Assembly: GCA_965279035.1 (NCBI GenBank)
Contig: OZ257142.1
Span: 2,400,001 to 2,464,000 of the forward strand
DNA from: Bacteroidia bacterium
GTDB taxonomy: Bacteria; Bacteroidota; Bacteroidia; M30B66
DNA: 64,000 nt
Direction of reading: 5' to 3'
Shown: positions 11,408-21,351 of the stretch, one piece after another
How the letters are laid out: each line of letters opens with the position of its first letter
Position numbering within the stretch: position 1 is the stretch's first letter
Made by a program: the position numbers and the translations under genes
Notes under the pieces: model-generated
The model's input: the letters and a program-made list of their open reading frames with translations, nothing else
What the model was told of the DNA's origin: nothing
Database searches by the model: none

Positions 11408-12799
11408 ATGGATAGAAGAACGATACTACGACAACTTCTTTGGGGAATTCCAGCTGGAATAATATTGCCTTCTGTTCTTACTTCATGCAAAAAGGATTCT
11501 TTCTTGCCCGAAAACCAATTCAAAGGAAAAGTGATCATCATAGGTGCAGGTGCTTCTGGAATTTATGCGGCTCATCTTCTCCTAAACTATGGAATCGATG
11601 TAACGATATTAGAAGCATCATCTAAAACAGGTGGCCGAATTCAAGCTAATACCACGTTTGCCAATATTCCAATCGAATTGGGTGCTGAAGAAATTCATGG
11701 TAGAAAATCAGTATTGTATGACCTAGCTTCATTTTATGCACCTGAGAGAATAATGGAGTTTCCGGGTGAAGATTATTATTGGGTGAGCAATCAATTACGT
11801 ACAAATCAATACCTGCATGAAGCAGCCGATTTAAATGGTGCTGGAGCAACCATGTTTAATATTCTCGACAGTTATGGCTCTTACCCAGGAGAAAATATCA
11901 CTCTAAGTCAATATCTCATTAATTTTCCTTTGGACAGTCGACTTACAAAAATTGTAAATGCTCTTACTGGAAATGAATATGGAAGTAGCAATGATCGAAT
12001 AGGAATGCATGCATTAAAAGAAGCCGAAGCAGCATATTCATCCGGAATGGAAAGCTTCACTTTTAAAACTGGAACTTATTGGAGTCTTTTTGAATCTGCT
12101 TTTAGTGATGCATTAAATAAAGTAGTTTTAAACTCCCCTGTAGTTTCAATTAATTATTCGGGTTCTCAAGTGAGTGTAAGTACATCAAATGGTACAGTGT
12201 ATACTGCAGATCGAATACTTGTTACTGTTCCTTTAGCTATTCTTAAAAACTCCAGTATTGTTTTTAATCCAGCATTACCATCCGATAAAATTCAAGCAAT
12301 AAATAATATCGAAATGGGAAATGGAATTAAGGTGGTTCTCGAATTTAATGCTCCGTTTTGGACTTCTGATACAGGTTTTATAATAGGAGGAGATAAAGCT
12401 CCTGAATATTGGATTACTTCTGCCGGAAAAAATTCTGCAAACAGTTATATTACTGCTTTTATCATGGGGCAATCGGCCGATTATCTAGCTTCCATTCCCG
12501 AGTCTCAGGCAGTTCAAGAATTATTAAATGAATTAACTACATTTTACGGAGCTGGCAATGTTCAAAGTAAATTCACTGGAAATTATTTGTTTAAAAATTG
12601 GTCTGATGAACTTTATATCGGAGGAGCCTATTCTTTCCCATCAATGAATAGCACGGGACAACGTGAAATCCTTGCAGCTTCTGTTGAATCGAAAATCTTT
12701 TTTGCTGGTGAGGCAACCAATTACAATGGACATTTAGCCACAGTTCATGGAGCTATGGAATCGGGATATAGAGCTGTTAAAGAACTATTGGAAGCATGA
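11408..12799 (+). CDS. Flavin monoamine/amino-acid oxidase family protein, predicted Tat lipoprotein
   Basis: From ATG 11408: MDRRTIL...VLTS-C (twin Arg plus lipobox-like); IIGAGASG FAD motif; GGRI, ELGAEEIHG and FFAGEAT...TVHGAMESG. Confidence 0.85.
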   Translation: MDRRTILRQLLWGIPAGIILPSVLTSCKKDSFLPENQFKGKVIIIGAGASGIYAAHLLLNYGIDVTILEASSKTGGRIQANTTFANIPIELGAEEIHGRKSVLYDLASFYAPERIMEFPGEDYYWVSNQLRTNQYLHEAADLNGAGATMFNILDSYGSYPGENITLSQYLINFPLDSRLTKIVNALTGNEYGSSNDRIGMHALKEAEAAYSSGMESFTFKTGTYWSLFESAFSDALNKVVLNSPVVSINYSGSQVSVSTSNGTVYTADRILVTVPLAILKNSSIVFNPALPSDKIQAINNIEMGNGIKVVLEFNAPFWTSDTGFIIGGDKAPEYWITSAGKNSANSYITAFIMGQSADYLASIPESQAVQELLNELTTFYGAGNVQSKFTGNYLFKNWSDELYIGGAYSFPSMNSTGQREILAASVESKIFFAGEATNYNGHLATVHGAMESGYRAVKELLEA

Positions 12800-13521
12800 A
12801 AAAAATATATATCATACTATTGTTATCTGGTCTTTTTTTGAATGTTCATTCGCAAAACTATCTTCATTTATCAGGTGGTTATTCTAACATAAATCCAGAT
12901 CAATGGAATAGAACCATTTCTGCCTATAATTTTGCCCGTCCTTGGCTCAAAAATGAACTTCCGGCTATACATAATGCTTGGTCGTATGGATTTGGATATT
13001 CAGGTGTTATTGCACGTGGATTATTTCTATCACCCGAAATTAATTATTCACGATATTCATCTTCATCCACTAATAATACAACCAATGTGGATATAAAAAT
13101 AAATTGGCTTAGAGCTTCTTTGTATATCGATCTCTATCCAATGGAATTTAAACTCGATAGTGTGGGTGCGCGAATTCGTCCATTTATCCGACTTGGCGGT
13201 GGTGCATCGTCCTTGATTCCACGAATATCAATGAATGATTCTCTTACTACAGTGGATGATAAATTATATAAACCTTATGTTTGGTCCTATCAATTGACAG
13301 CAGGATTAGGATGTCGATTTAATATTGTAAAACATATTGATCTTATTCCCGTTTTCTTGTTGAATTATCAACCTTCGGTCAATTTAGAAGACTTTTCATA
13401 TGCCGTTCAAGGAAATCAAATCCTGAATTTATCAGACAAACAAAAAATAATCAACCCACAATTCCTTCTAACATTATCTATTCGTATTGGAAGAAGTGAA
13501 GAAACTCGGGCTAAATTATGA
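12796..13521 (+). CDS. Hypothetical outer-membrane beta-barrel protein
   Basis: Signal peptide; alternating aromatic/Gly strands (RPFIRLGGG, YQLTAGLGCRF); ATGA overlap with the upstream gene. Confidence 0.6.
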   Translation: MKKIYIILLLSGLFLNVHSQNYLHLSGGYSNINPDQWNRTISAYNFARPWLKNELPAIHNAWSYGFGYSGVIARGLFLSPEINYSRYSSSSTNNTTNVDIKINWLRASLYIDLYPMEFKLDSVGARIRPFIRLGGGASSLIPRISMNDSLTTVDDKLYKPYVWSYQLTAGLGCRFNIVKHIDLIPVFLLNYQPSVNLEDFSYAVQGNQILNLSDKQKIINPQFLLTLSIRIGRSEETRAKL

Positions 13522-13566
13522 AGGCATAATCCTTGTGGTCAAAAATCAAAATAAACTAAAATCAAA

Positions 13567-13983
13567 ATGAAAAAAATCATTGTCATTGCTTCTGCCATCC
13601 TTTTTAGTTTTGCAGTATCGGCGCAAACACCCGCCAGTAAGCCTACAACTAAACCTAAAACCACTCCAGCTCAAGTCAATCCGAGTAGCACACCAACAAC
13701 AAAACCCAAAACAAAAGCAGCACCTACTGAAGTTAAATCAACAACACCAACTAAGGAAACACCAAGTAAACAAGTTGCTCCTAAAGAACAACAAATCAAA
13801 GTAAGTCCTGCAACTCCTACAAAAGACAAAGTAAAAAAGGATGGAACTCCTGATAAACGATATAAAGAAAATAAACGTTTAAAGAAAGATGGCACTCCCG
13901 ATAAACGGTATAAAGAGCATAAAGAAGGAGCTGTGAAGCAACCAGAAACTAAAAAGTTACAAGCAAATCCTCCTAAAAAATAA
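13567..13983 (+). CDS. Secreted Lys/Pro/Thr-rich protein with two KKDGTPDKRYKE repeats
   Basis: Signal peptide ending AVSA-Q; low-complexity body; 48-nt duplication at 13834 and 13882. Confidence 0.8.
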   Translation: MKKIIVIASAILFSFAVSAQTPASKPTTKPKTTPAQVNPSSTPTTKPKTKAAPTEVKSTTPTKETPSKQVAPKEQQIKVSPATPTKDKVKKDGTPDKRYKENKRLKKDGTPDKRYKEHKEGAVKQPETKKLQANPPKK

Positions 13984-13999
13984 ATTAAATTTAATCGAT

Positions 14000-14033
14000 A
14001 AAAGCCCTGCAGCATAAGTTGTAGGGCTTTTTT
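14000..14033. terminator. Bidirectional terminator
   Basis: aaaagccctgca-gcataagt-tgtagggcttttt between convergent genes. Confidence 0.75.
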
Positions 14034-16992
14034 AATTTCGTGAATCAAGAGCTTTGTAAATCGCTTCTTGAATTTCAACGCGGGTAGCTAGTGTATTGAT
14101 CTTTTTATTTTCAGCATCTGGATATACTCTGTTCGAAAGAAAAATATAAATCAATTGTTGATCAGGATCTACCCAAGCAATTGTTCCTGTAAATCCAGTA
14201 TGACCAAAACTTAAAGAAGATACACACTTACATGTTGGACCCGTTTTTCCATAATTCATTTCGGGTTTATCGAATCCCAATCCTCTACGGTTTTCTTTTT
14301 CACAAAACTGACAACGAATAAATTCATCTATTGTAGCAGATGATAAATACCTTTTTCCACCATAAACACCTTTATTCAACACCATTTGCATTAGAATCGC
14401 TAAATCATTGGCATCAGAAAATATTCCAGCATGTCCACCAACACCTCCCATCATAGCTGCACCTTGATCATGAACATATCCATGAACTAATTGCTTTCTG
14501 AATAAATTATCTTGTTCTGTAGGAATTATTTCTTCTCTTGGAAATTTATTCAATGGATTATAAGTAATTCGATTTAAACCTAGTGGTTTGTAAAACTCCG
14601 ATTCAACGTAATTATCCAAAGTTTTTCCTGTATGATGTTCGATGATATATTTAAAAAAATAGTAGCCTAAATCACTGTATTTATATTCTTTGTTTTTACT
14701 AACATCACAGGCTGCAATCTGCGCCAGCATTGAATCTGGATAATCCTTTCGCAAATACATCCCATCTGCAACCTTTAATGGAAAACTATCACTCACTGTT
14801 TTTCTATAAAATTTATTTCGGGTAGTTTCAGATGAAATTGTTCGAGTATAAAAAGGGATCCAAGCAGGCAATCCCGCTTGATGTGCCAATAAATCACGTA
14901 GTCGCATACTTCCTTTATTGGTCGCATTTAAAAATGGAATATAATCTCCAACGGTTTTATCAATATCTATAAATTTTTCATCCGTAAGTTTCATAATAGC
15001 CATCGTGCTTGCCGCTACTTTGGTAATGGAAGCAATATCATATAAGTCGGTAGTTTTTACAGCAGCTGATGTTGAACTGTATGTTTGATTCCCAAATGCT
15101 TTATTGTAAAAAACTTTCCCATCTTTTGCAATTAATACTTGACAACCAGGAGTAGCTTTCATTCTAATTGCCCAATTAGCAATCGAATCAACGGCTTTCA
15201 ATTGTGCCGGTTTTATTCCCAATTCATCGGGAATAGTATATTTCATTCGAATAACATCGGACAAGATTTTGCCACTTCCAAATGGATATCTTGAATCTAT
15301 TGTAATTGGTAATTTTCCATTCGATATAATTCCACCAAAAATCAATTGTGCCGAAATTTCCTGACTTAATTCATTGTCCTCATACGAAACAATAATTCCC
15401 TCGGGATGTACAGTTTGATCGAGTTTGGCTAAACTATATGGATTCGCAAAAACATTCACAATAACCTTAGAATTCAATTGAATTGCTTGAATTAAATTGC
15501 TGATTTCACTGGTCATTCCTGCCGATTTTGACATACTGTTTTTAGGATTATGTATTCCTATTATGACCAAATTATATGATTTCAGTTTTTTTAATAATTC
15601 TCCTTGATGTTTTAGTAAATGTTCTTTTTCAATTTCAAATCCATCTACTTTGGAATAAAGATTTAATGTTTTATTGAAAATACTTTGAGCTTTATCATCA
15701 ATCGATAAAGAAGCAATACGTAATGTATCCAATCCATTAACAGGCATTATTTGATTGTTTTCTAATACGGTTAAAGAAGCCTCTGTCAATTGTCTCCTTA
15801 ATAATTCCGATTCACTTGTATGCAAATCAGTATATAAATTACTCAATTGAATTTTAGGTGTTTTCTTTAAACCTAACCAGGCTTTCGCTTCCAATATTTT
15901 TCGACAGCGACTATCAATTTCTTCTTGTGTAATTTTTTTCTCTTCAATGGCTTTTTTTATTTGGTGAATTCCTGTTGGTACATCTTCAGCAAAAAGTAAA
16001 ATATCATTTCCAGCAAGAAGGGCTTTCACATCAACAAATCCAGGTTGATTATGAGCAGAAATCCCTTTCATATTCAAGGCATCCGTAAATACTAAACCCC
16101 GAAATCCTAATTCATTTTTTAATAAATCAGTAACTACAGCATGCGAAAGTGTGGTAGGTCTTCCAACAGTGGTATCAAGCGCTGGTACAAATAAATGGGC
16201 AACCATAATACTACCCAGTCCTTGACGAATTAATTCTCTAAAAGGATAAAGTTCGAGTGAATCCAAACGTGCTCTTGTGTGAGGAATGATTGGAAGTGCT
16301 TTATGTGAGTCAACATCGGTATCACCATGTCCCGGAAAATGTTTTGCATTCGATAGCACTTTGGCATCTTGCATTCCTTTCATATAGGCAATGCCTTTAG
16401 CTGCAACTAAGTATTTATTCTCACCAAACGATCGCATATTAATAACCGGATTTGATGCATTATTATTGACATCTACCACAGGTGCAAAATTGACTTGAAT
16501 GCCCATTCTGCGACATTGACGCGCAATTTCTCCACCCATTTTATAGATTAACGAATCGTCTTGAATTGCTCCCAACGTCATTTGTTTTGGAAATGATTGC
16601 ATCGAATCTAAACGCATCGATAAACCCCATTCTCCATCAATAGAAATCATTAATGGCACATTGGAAATTTGCTGATAATAATTGCACAATCGAGCTTGCC
16701 GAATTGGCCCTCCTTGCATAAAAATTAATCCACCAATTTGATTGTCTTTAATCAATTTTGTTAGTTCATCCTGATGTGCTTTGGGTTTATTGGAGTATGC
16801 AGCAACCATGAATAATTGCCCAATCCGTTGATCTGGAGTAAGTACTTTCATCACGCTATCAACCCATGTTTTGTTATTTCCTTCAAATGGTGGTTTTATT
16901 GGATCAACCGATAGTTCATTTGGACTAGATGATGCCCAAACAATAAAAGCTGTTGATGCAATAATTAATGCCGGAATGATAAAACGTTTCAT
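14032..16992 (-). CDS. GH3 beta-N-acetylglucosaminidase fused to a beta-lactamase-fold serine hydrolase (NagZ-AmiE-like)
   Basis: GH3 motifs IDGEWG, KHFPGHGD and FTDALNM; C-terminal SITK (SxxK), YSD and GHTG motifs. Confidence 0.9.
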   Translation of the reverse strand: MKRFIIPALIIASTAFIVWASSSPNELSVDPIKPPFEGNNKTWVDSVMKVLTPDQRIGQLFMVAAYSNKPKAHQDELTKLIKDNQIGGLIFMQGGPIRQARLCNYYQQISNVPLMISIDGEWGLSMRLDSMQSFPKQMTLGAIQDDSLIYKMGGEIARQCRRMGIQVNFAPVVDVNNNASNPVINMRSFGENKYLVAAKGIAYMKGMQDAKVLSNAKHFPGHGDTDVDSHKALPIIPHTRARLDSLELYPFRELIRQGLGSIMVAHLFVPALDTTVGRPTTLSHAVVTDLLKNELGFRGLVFTDALNMKGISAHNQPGFVDVKALLAGNDILLFAEDVPTGIHQIKKAIEEKKITQEEIDSRCRKILEAKAWLGLKKTPKIQLSNLYTDLHTSESELLRRQLTEASLTVLENNQIMPVNGLDTLRIASLSIDDKAQSIFNKTLNLYSKVDGFEIEKEHLLKHQGELLKKLKSYNLVIIGIHNPKNSMSKSAGMTSEISNLIQAIQLNSKVIVNVFANPYSLAKLDQTVHPEGIIVSYEDNELSQEISAQLIFGGIISNGKLPITIDSRYPFGSGKILSDVIRMKYTIPDELGIKPAQLKAVDSIANWAIRMKATPGCQVLIAKDGKVFYNKAFGNQTYSSTSAAVKTTDLYDIASITKVAASTMAIMKLTDEKFIDIDKTVGDYIPFLNATNKGSMRLRDLLAHQAGLPAWIPFYTRTISSETTRNKFYRKTVSDSFPLKVADGMYLRKDYPDSMLAQIAACDVSKNKEYKYSDLGYYFFKYIIEHHTGKTLDNYVESEFYKPLGLNRITYNPLNKFPREEIIPTEQDNLFRKQLVHGYVHDQGAAMMGGVGGHAGIFSDANDLAILMQMVLNKGVYGGKRYLSSATIDEFIRCQFCEKENRRGLGFDKPEMNYGKTGPTCKCVSSLSFGHTGFTGTIAWVDPDQQLIYIFLSNRVYPDAENKKINTLATRVEIQEAIYKALDSRN

Positions 16993-17015
16993 GGATTGTA
17001 TTTGAAATCAAAACG

Positions 17016-17023
17016 CAAAAATA
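17016..17023 (-). promoter_or_regulatory. -7 promoter element of the GH3 gene (TATTTTTG)
   Basis: TAnnTTTG match 23 nt upstream of the ATG. Confidence 0.55.
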
Positions 17024-17164
17024 GACGGAGCAATACGTCAATCTTGAATAATCGGAAATAACTATCAACAGTGACAAGTGAACTGTTGGTTTTATAGAAA
17101 CACTATTTATAATTCCAATTCGTTTTTCAATTTTTGATGTTTGGCTTTTCGTAAATTGAGCCCA

Positions 17165-18712
17165 ATGAAAAAATACTTTCTTTCGATTTTTCTCTTCATT
17201 TCTTTCGATCATTCAATCATTGCTCAAAAAGGAATACAATGGGGAGGAGATATTTTTAAACCTTCGAGTTCAACCACTTTTCAGGTGATTGGAAATTGGC
17301 CTGATGGTGTTTTAATGCAAGCTAGAACTCGAACTAAATTATTTTCTCCAGGAAAAACGTTTATTCAACGTTTTGATAATCTTACCTTATTACCTCAATT
17401 CAACAAAGAAGTTAAATTAGAAACATCAAAAGGAAATAAAACCCTTGAATATGCAGTCCTTGAAAGAGTAGGCGACAAACCCGTTTTATTTGCTACCTAT
17501 TTCAATAAAGAAAAAGATAAAATTGAATTATACGGTCGTCAATATGATACCGAAGGTGAATCTGTTGGTAAGGAAAAGAAAATTGCTGAATTCCCTGCTA
17601 CTCGTAAAAGTCAGCTCGAGTCTCTCAATTTTGTCCAATCTTCAGATAGTAGTTCAATGCTCAGTTATTTCTCAGAAAAATTCGATCAGTATTCGAATGA
17701 GAAAATGGAATTCAATTTATTCAATCCACAATTGGATATTATTTGGAATCGTAGCATTGAGTTTCCATACAAAGGAAGAAACTTGGAAATTCATAGAACC
17801 ATTGTCGATAAAAACGGACGCGTATTTATGCTCGTACGAGTATTGTTCGATAAAGATGAACTCGAACAACGATCTGGTCCACGATATCGCTATAGTTTAG
17901 TAACTTTTGGAAGCGATACTTCCTTGGTCGAAGACTATGAAATTAGTTTGGATCAACGCTATATTTCTGATATTGATATGTTGTTGGATTCGAATAATCG
18001 CGTGGTTTGCAGCGGTTTTTATTCCGAAAGAGGGCAGGGGCAAGCTGCGGGTACATTTTATTTGGAAATCGATAGAAATACACGCATTGTTCAAGAAAAA
18101 ATATTAACTCCATTTGATAAAGCCTTTGCTACGAGCTTCATGGAAACGAGTCGAGTGAAAGGCAAAGTTGAACTAACGGATTTTAAATTGGATCATTTTG
18201 TCAAGTTTCGAGATGGTTCCTTTGGATTAGTTGCTGAGCAATATCTCATGGACGAAGTATGCTACCAAGATTTTCGTACTGGAATGTATAGCTGCAATTA
18301 CTATTATTATTACAACAACATTATCGTTGTTAAAATGGATCAAAAAGGAGAGGTTATTTGGACTGCCGATATACCCAAATACCAACAAAGTTCCAACGAT
18401 GGTGGATTTTATTCTTCTTATGCATTTGCATTTGATGGTGATAATCTACATTTTCTTTTTAATGATCATCCCAAAAACTTAACGGAAACTAATTTATCGC
18501 GTGCTCATATCATGAATAATGTACGCAGGTCTGTTCCTGTGTATGCTAGAATTAGCAATGATGGTCAATTTAGTCGACGACAAGTATCATCAGGAAAAAG
18601 CTCTCGCTTGTTTTTAGTACCCCAATATTCAACTCAAATTAGCGATCGTTCTATCTGGACTGTTGGTATGACAACCAATAAATACCGAACAGGAGTTTTA
18701 TTGCTCGATTGA
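17165..18712 (+). CDS. Hypothetical secreted beta-rich protein
   Basis: Long ORF; signal peptide from ATG 17165 (MKKYFLSIFLF...AQ); no recognised catalytic motif. Confidence 0.75.
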   Translation: MKKYFLSIFLFISFDHSIIAQKGIQWGGDIFKPSSSTTFQVIGNWPDGVLMQARTRTKLFSPGKTFIQRFDNLTLLPQFNKEVKLETSKGNKTLEYAVLERVGDKPVLFATYFNKEKDKIELYGRQYDTEGESVGKEKKIAEFPATRKSQLESLNFVQSSDSSSMLSYFSEKFDQYSNEKMEFNLFNPQLDIIWNRSIEFPYKGRNLEIHRTIVDKNGRVFMLVRVLFDKDELEQRSGPRYRYSLVTFGSDTSLVEDYEISLDQRYISDIDMLLDSNNRVVCSGFYSERGQGQAAGTFYLEIDRNTRIVQEKILTPFDKAFATSFMETSRVKGKVELTDFKLDHFVKFRDGSFGLVAEQYLMDEVCYQDFRTGMYSCNYYYYYNNIIVVKMDQKGEVIWTADIPKYQQSSNDGGFYSSYAFAFDGDNLHFLFNDHPKNLTETNLSRAHIMNNVRRSVPVYARISNDGQFSRRQVSSGKSSRLFLVPQYSTQISDRSIWTVGMTTNKYRTGVLLLD

Positions 18713-18841
18713 TTCATTTTTAGTCTTCTCTTTTTCGTGTTGCTGTTGGTCTTTTTCACACACAAATAGAACAAGCTTCAAAACCATCCATGGGATTGAT
18801 AATAATGCGATTCCAATTAAACTCAATTTCCAAATAGCCAT
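18698..18841 (-). CDS. Putative 47-aa small membrane protein
   Basis: Manual translation MAIWKLSLIGIALLSIPWMVLKLVLFVCEKDQQQHEKEKTKNESIEQ*; one hydrophobic helix plus a charged tail; starts 15 nt after the AlbA gene stop. Confidence 0.45.
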   Translation of the reverse strand: MAIWKLSLIGIALLSIPWMVLKLVLFVCEKDQQQHEKEKTKNESIEQ

Positions 18842-18856
18842 TTTAGCAAAGAACGT

Positions 18857-19495
18857 TTAGCTTTTCTCATCTCGCAAGAGAAATAAAAATCCTCCGGATT
18901 CTTCTAACTCAATATTTATAATTTCCCAACGAATAAAATTGGCAAGGGTGCGAGCAACAATGTGACGAGGAAGCTTGCTCCATTTCGTTGCTTGATTTAA
19001 ACTCAACCATTTTTTCTCCTGAAATACATGCAATACACGTAATTCTTTTTCTGAAAAATGGGCGGGTGGATTTTTATCTGGATTATTTAATCGCCATAAC
19101 TCGAGATGAACTGGTGTAGCCAAACGATTCGAAGCACCACAACGAATCCAAGCTTTCCATTCTCCTGGTTCGGTTTCGGCTTTTACTGGTAAAGAAATCG
19201 CTGCAGGAATAAAGGCTTCTAAAATCAGTTTTCCTTCAGCTTCTCTTCTTCGTATTTCCATCTTCACCGGTGAATTACAATACATACTAGCTGCTGCATC
19301 CAATACATAAATTTCTTCTTCTAAGCGGATTCCTGCTATCGCTCCATTGTCTTTCACTCCAACTAAAATAGTTCCTCCGCCGGCATTCGAAAATGCTGAA
19401 ATCGTTGATGCAATGCGTCGTGCTGAATTAAGTTCGAACTTAAATTCAAGGGTTTGACTTTCACCCCGTGCAATAAGTTCTTTGATTGATAGCAT
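18857..19495 (-). CDS. AlbA_2/Schlafen-like domain protein with a probable C-terminal wHTH
   Basis: GESQTLEFK and ISAFSNAGGGTILVGVKDNG motifs; ATG at 19495 preferred. Confidence 0.85.
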   Translation of the reverse strand: MLSIKELIARGESQTLEFKFELNSARRIASTISAFSNAGGGTILVGVKDNGAIAGIRLEEEIYVLDAAASMYCNSPVKMEIRRREAEGKLILEAFIPAAISLPVKAETEPGEWKAWIRCGASNRLATPVHLELWRLNNPDKNPPAHFSEKELRVLHVFQEKKWLSLNQATKWSKLPRHIVARTLANFIRWEIINIELEESGGFLFLLRDEKS

Positions 19496-19499
19496 GCTG

Positions 19500-19507
19500 C
19501 GAATATA
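19500..19507 (-). promoter_or_regulatory. -7 element variant TATATTCG of the AlbA gene
   Basis: One mismatch to TAnnTTTG; 4 nt before the ATG. Confidence 0.5.
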
Positions 19508-19587
19508 CTCAAGCGAAATGAACAGCCTTGTTAATAGGGATGTGAGCAATTCCATTTTCTTTTCGACACTTGCTCCATTCTGCGACT

Positions 19588-19595
19588 TAAATTTG
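19588..19595 (+). promoter_or_regulatory. -7 element TAAATTTG of recN
   Basis: Exact TAnnTTTG match, 4 nt before the ATG. Confidence 0.65.
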
Positions 19596-19599
19596 CTTC

Positions 19600-21261
19600 A
19601 TGCTTCAACGGCTTTCCATTCGAAATTATGCTCTGATTCAAGAACTCAGTATTGAGCTACGTCCAGGTTTTACCATTATTACAGGTGAAACGGGAGCTGG
19701 AAAATCAATTCTATTAGGTGCGCTAGCTTTATTATTGGGAGAACGTGCCGATCCAACTGTACTGCGCGATTCATCTAAAAAATGCGTTGTTGAAGCACTT
19801 CTCCTTGTTGATCAATACAATTTGAGTGATTTTTTTAAGTCCAACGATTTGGATGAAGAATCAATATGCATCATCCGTCGAGAGATTAATCCAGCCGGAA
19901 AATCTCGTGCTTTTATAAATGACACTCCCGTTAACCTCAATCAACTACGCGAACTCGGGGCACGATTAATCGATATCCATTCTCAACACGACACTCTTCT
20001 TTTAAATAGTTCTTCCTTTCAGCTTCAATTAGTAGATGCTCCTGCGGGAAATGCTTCCATATTAAATCAGTATAGAGAAATTTTTAGTTCTTGGAAAAAG
20101 AAAAAGAAAGAACTCGACGATTTGCGATCCGAAGAAGCACGCATGCAATCAGAACAAGATTTTCTTCAGTTTCAATTCGATGAATTAGAAAATGCCCAGC
20201 TTCGTCCCAATGAATTTCAACAAATCGAAGATGAATATTCAGCACTCAGTCATGCCGAAGAAATCAAAATTCAATTAGCTGCAGCTTCATTAGCTCTTGA
20301 TGATGAAAACCACGGCGTTGTTACTGGTTTAAGGCAGGTCTTGCTTTCTCTTCAACAAGCGGCAAAATATTCACCGAATATCCAAGTTCTTCATGAACGC
20401 GTTCAATCGGTAATGATTGAAGTTCGTGATATTTTATCTGAAACAGATCATCTAGCTGATCACCATGAAGCCGATCCTAAACGCTTGGATGAATTGCGAT
20501 TGAGACTTGATCAATTGAATCATTTGCTCAATAAACACCGTTGTTCCAATAGTGATGAACTCATTGAACTTCAACAACAATTCGAACAAAGACTCAATCA
20601 AACTGCAGGTTTGGGCGAAGACATTATTCGATTACAAAAGGAATTGGACCAATTATATAATGAAGTGCTTCAATTGGCAGAAACGATTTCAAGCAATAGA
20701 AAATCGGTGATTCCTATTATAGTACAAGAAAGTACCCATTTGCTTTCTCGATTAGGTATGCCCAAAACACAATTACACATTGAATTATCCAAACGCGAGT
20801 TGCCAGATCAAAATGGAATCGATAAAGTGAATGTGTTATTTTCTGCTAATGCGGGTTCTTCCATGCAGGAATTAAGCAAAGTAGCAAGTGGTGGAGAATT
20901 ATCGCGATTGATGTTGAGTTTGAAAAAAATCATTGCCGGTTCGGTTTCTTTGCCCACCATTGTGTTTGATGAAATTGATACGGGTGTTTCAGGTGCTGTT
21001 GCCGATAGCATGGGCGAAATTCTCAAAGAAATGGGAACTGAACTTCAAGTGATCGCTATTACACATCTGCCTCAAATTGCCAGTAAAGGAGACGATCATT
21101 TGAAAGTAATCAAATCAACAAGTGGAAAAGAAACAACTTCACAAATCATTCGACTAAATGAAACCGAACGGATTGATGAAATAGCAGGCATGTTAAGCGG
21201 TAAAGAACTTTCTGATGCAGCAATTTCCAATGCTCGTTCATTACTTGGGATTGGCTCTTGA
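19600..21261 (+). CDS. recN: DNA repair protein RecN
   Basis: TGETGAGKS Walker A; ASGGELSR signature; FDEIDTGVSG; ITHLPQIA. Confidence 0.96.
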   Translation: MLQRLSIRNYALIQELSIELRPGFTIITGETGAGKSILLGALALLLGERADPTVLRDSSKKCVVEALLLVDQYNLSDFFKSNDLDEESICIIRREINPAGKSRAFINDTPVNLNQLRELGARLIDIHSQHDTLLLNSSSFQLQLVDAPAGNASILNQYREIFSSWKKKKKELDDLRSEEARMQSEQDFLQFQFDELENAQLRPNEFQQIEDEYSALSHAEEIKIQLAAASLALDDENHGVVTGLRQVLLSLQQAAKYSPNIQVLHERVQSVMIEVRDILSETDHLADHHEADPKRLDELRLRLDQLNHLLNKHRCSNSDELIELQQQFEQRLNQTAGLGEDIIRLQKELDQLYNEVLQLAETISSNRKSVIPIIVQESTHLLSRLGMPKTQLHIELSKRELPDQNGIDKVNVLFSANAGSSMQELSKVASGGELSRLMLSLKKIIAGSVSLPTIVFDEIDTGVSGAVADSMGEILKEMGTELQVIAITHLPQIASKGDDHLKVIKSTSGKETTSQIIRLNETERIDEIAGMLSGKELSDAAISNARSLLGIGS

Positions 21262-21351
21262 ACAAAACTTTTACATTTACACCATCAAATTCAAATTGAT
21301 TTTTGAATACTTCTTCACATTGTCCATACTTCTAAAAACAATATTCAAGGC

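Noticed and set aside
14032-15250. Beta-lactamase-like domain as a resistance gene
   Set aside because: It is fused to a GH3 NagZ domain, a common Bacteroidota peptidoglycan-recycling architecture.
17086-17106. Possible fifth operator (GTTT-TATAGAA-ACAC) upstream of the GH3 gene
   Set aside because: Core mismatch and no TGACAC half-site; likely chance in AT-rich DNA, though a PWM scan should retest it.
18857-19495. AlbA/Schlafen gene as an anti-phage defence island
   Set aside because: It is a lone short gene among housekeeping genes with no defence or mobility neighbours.
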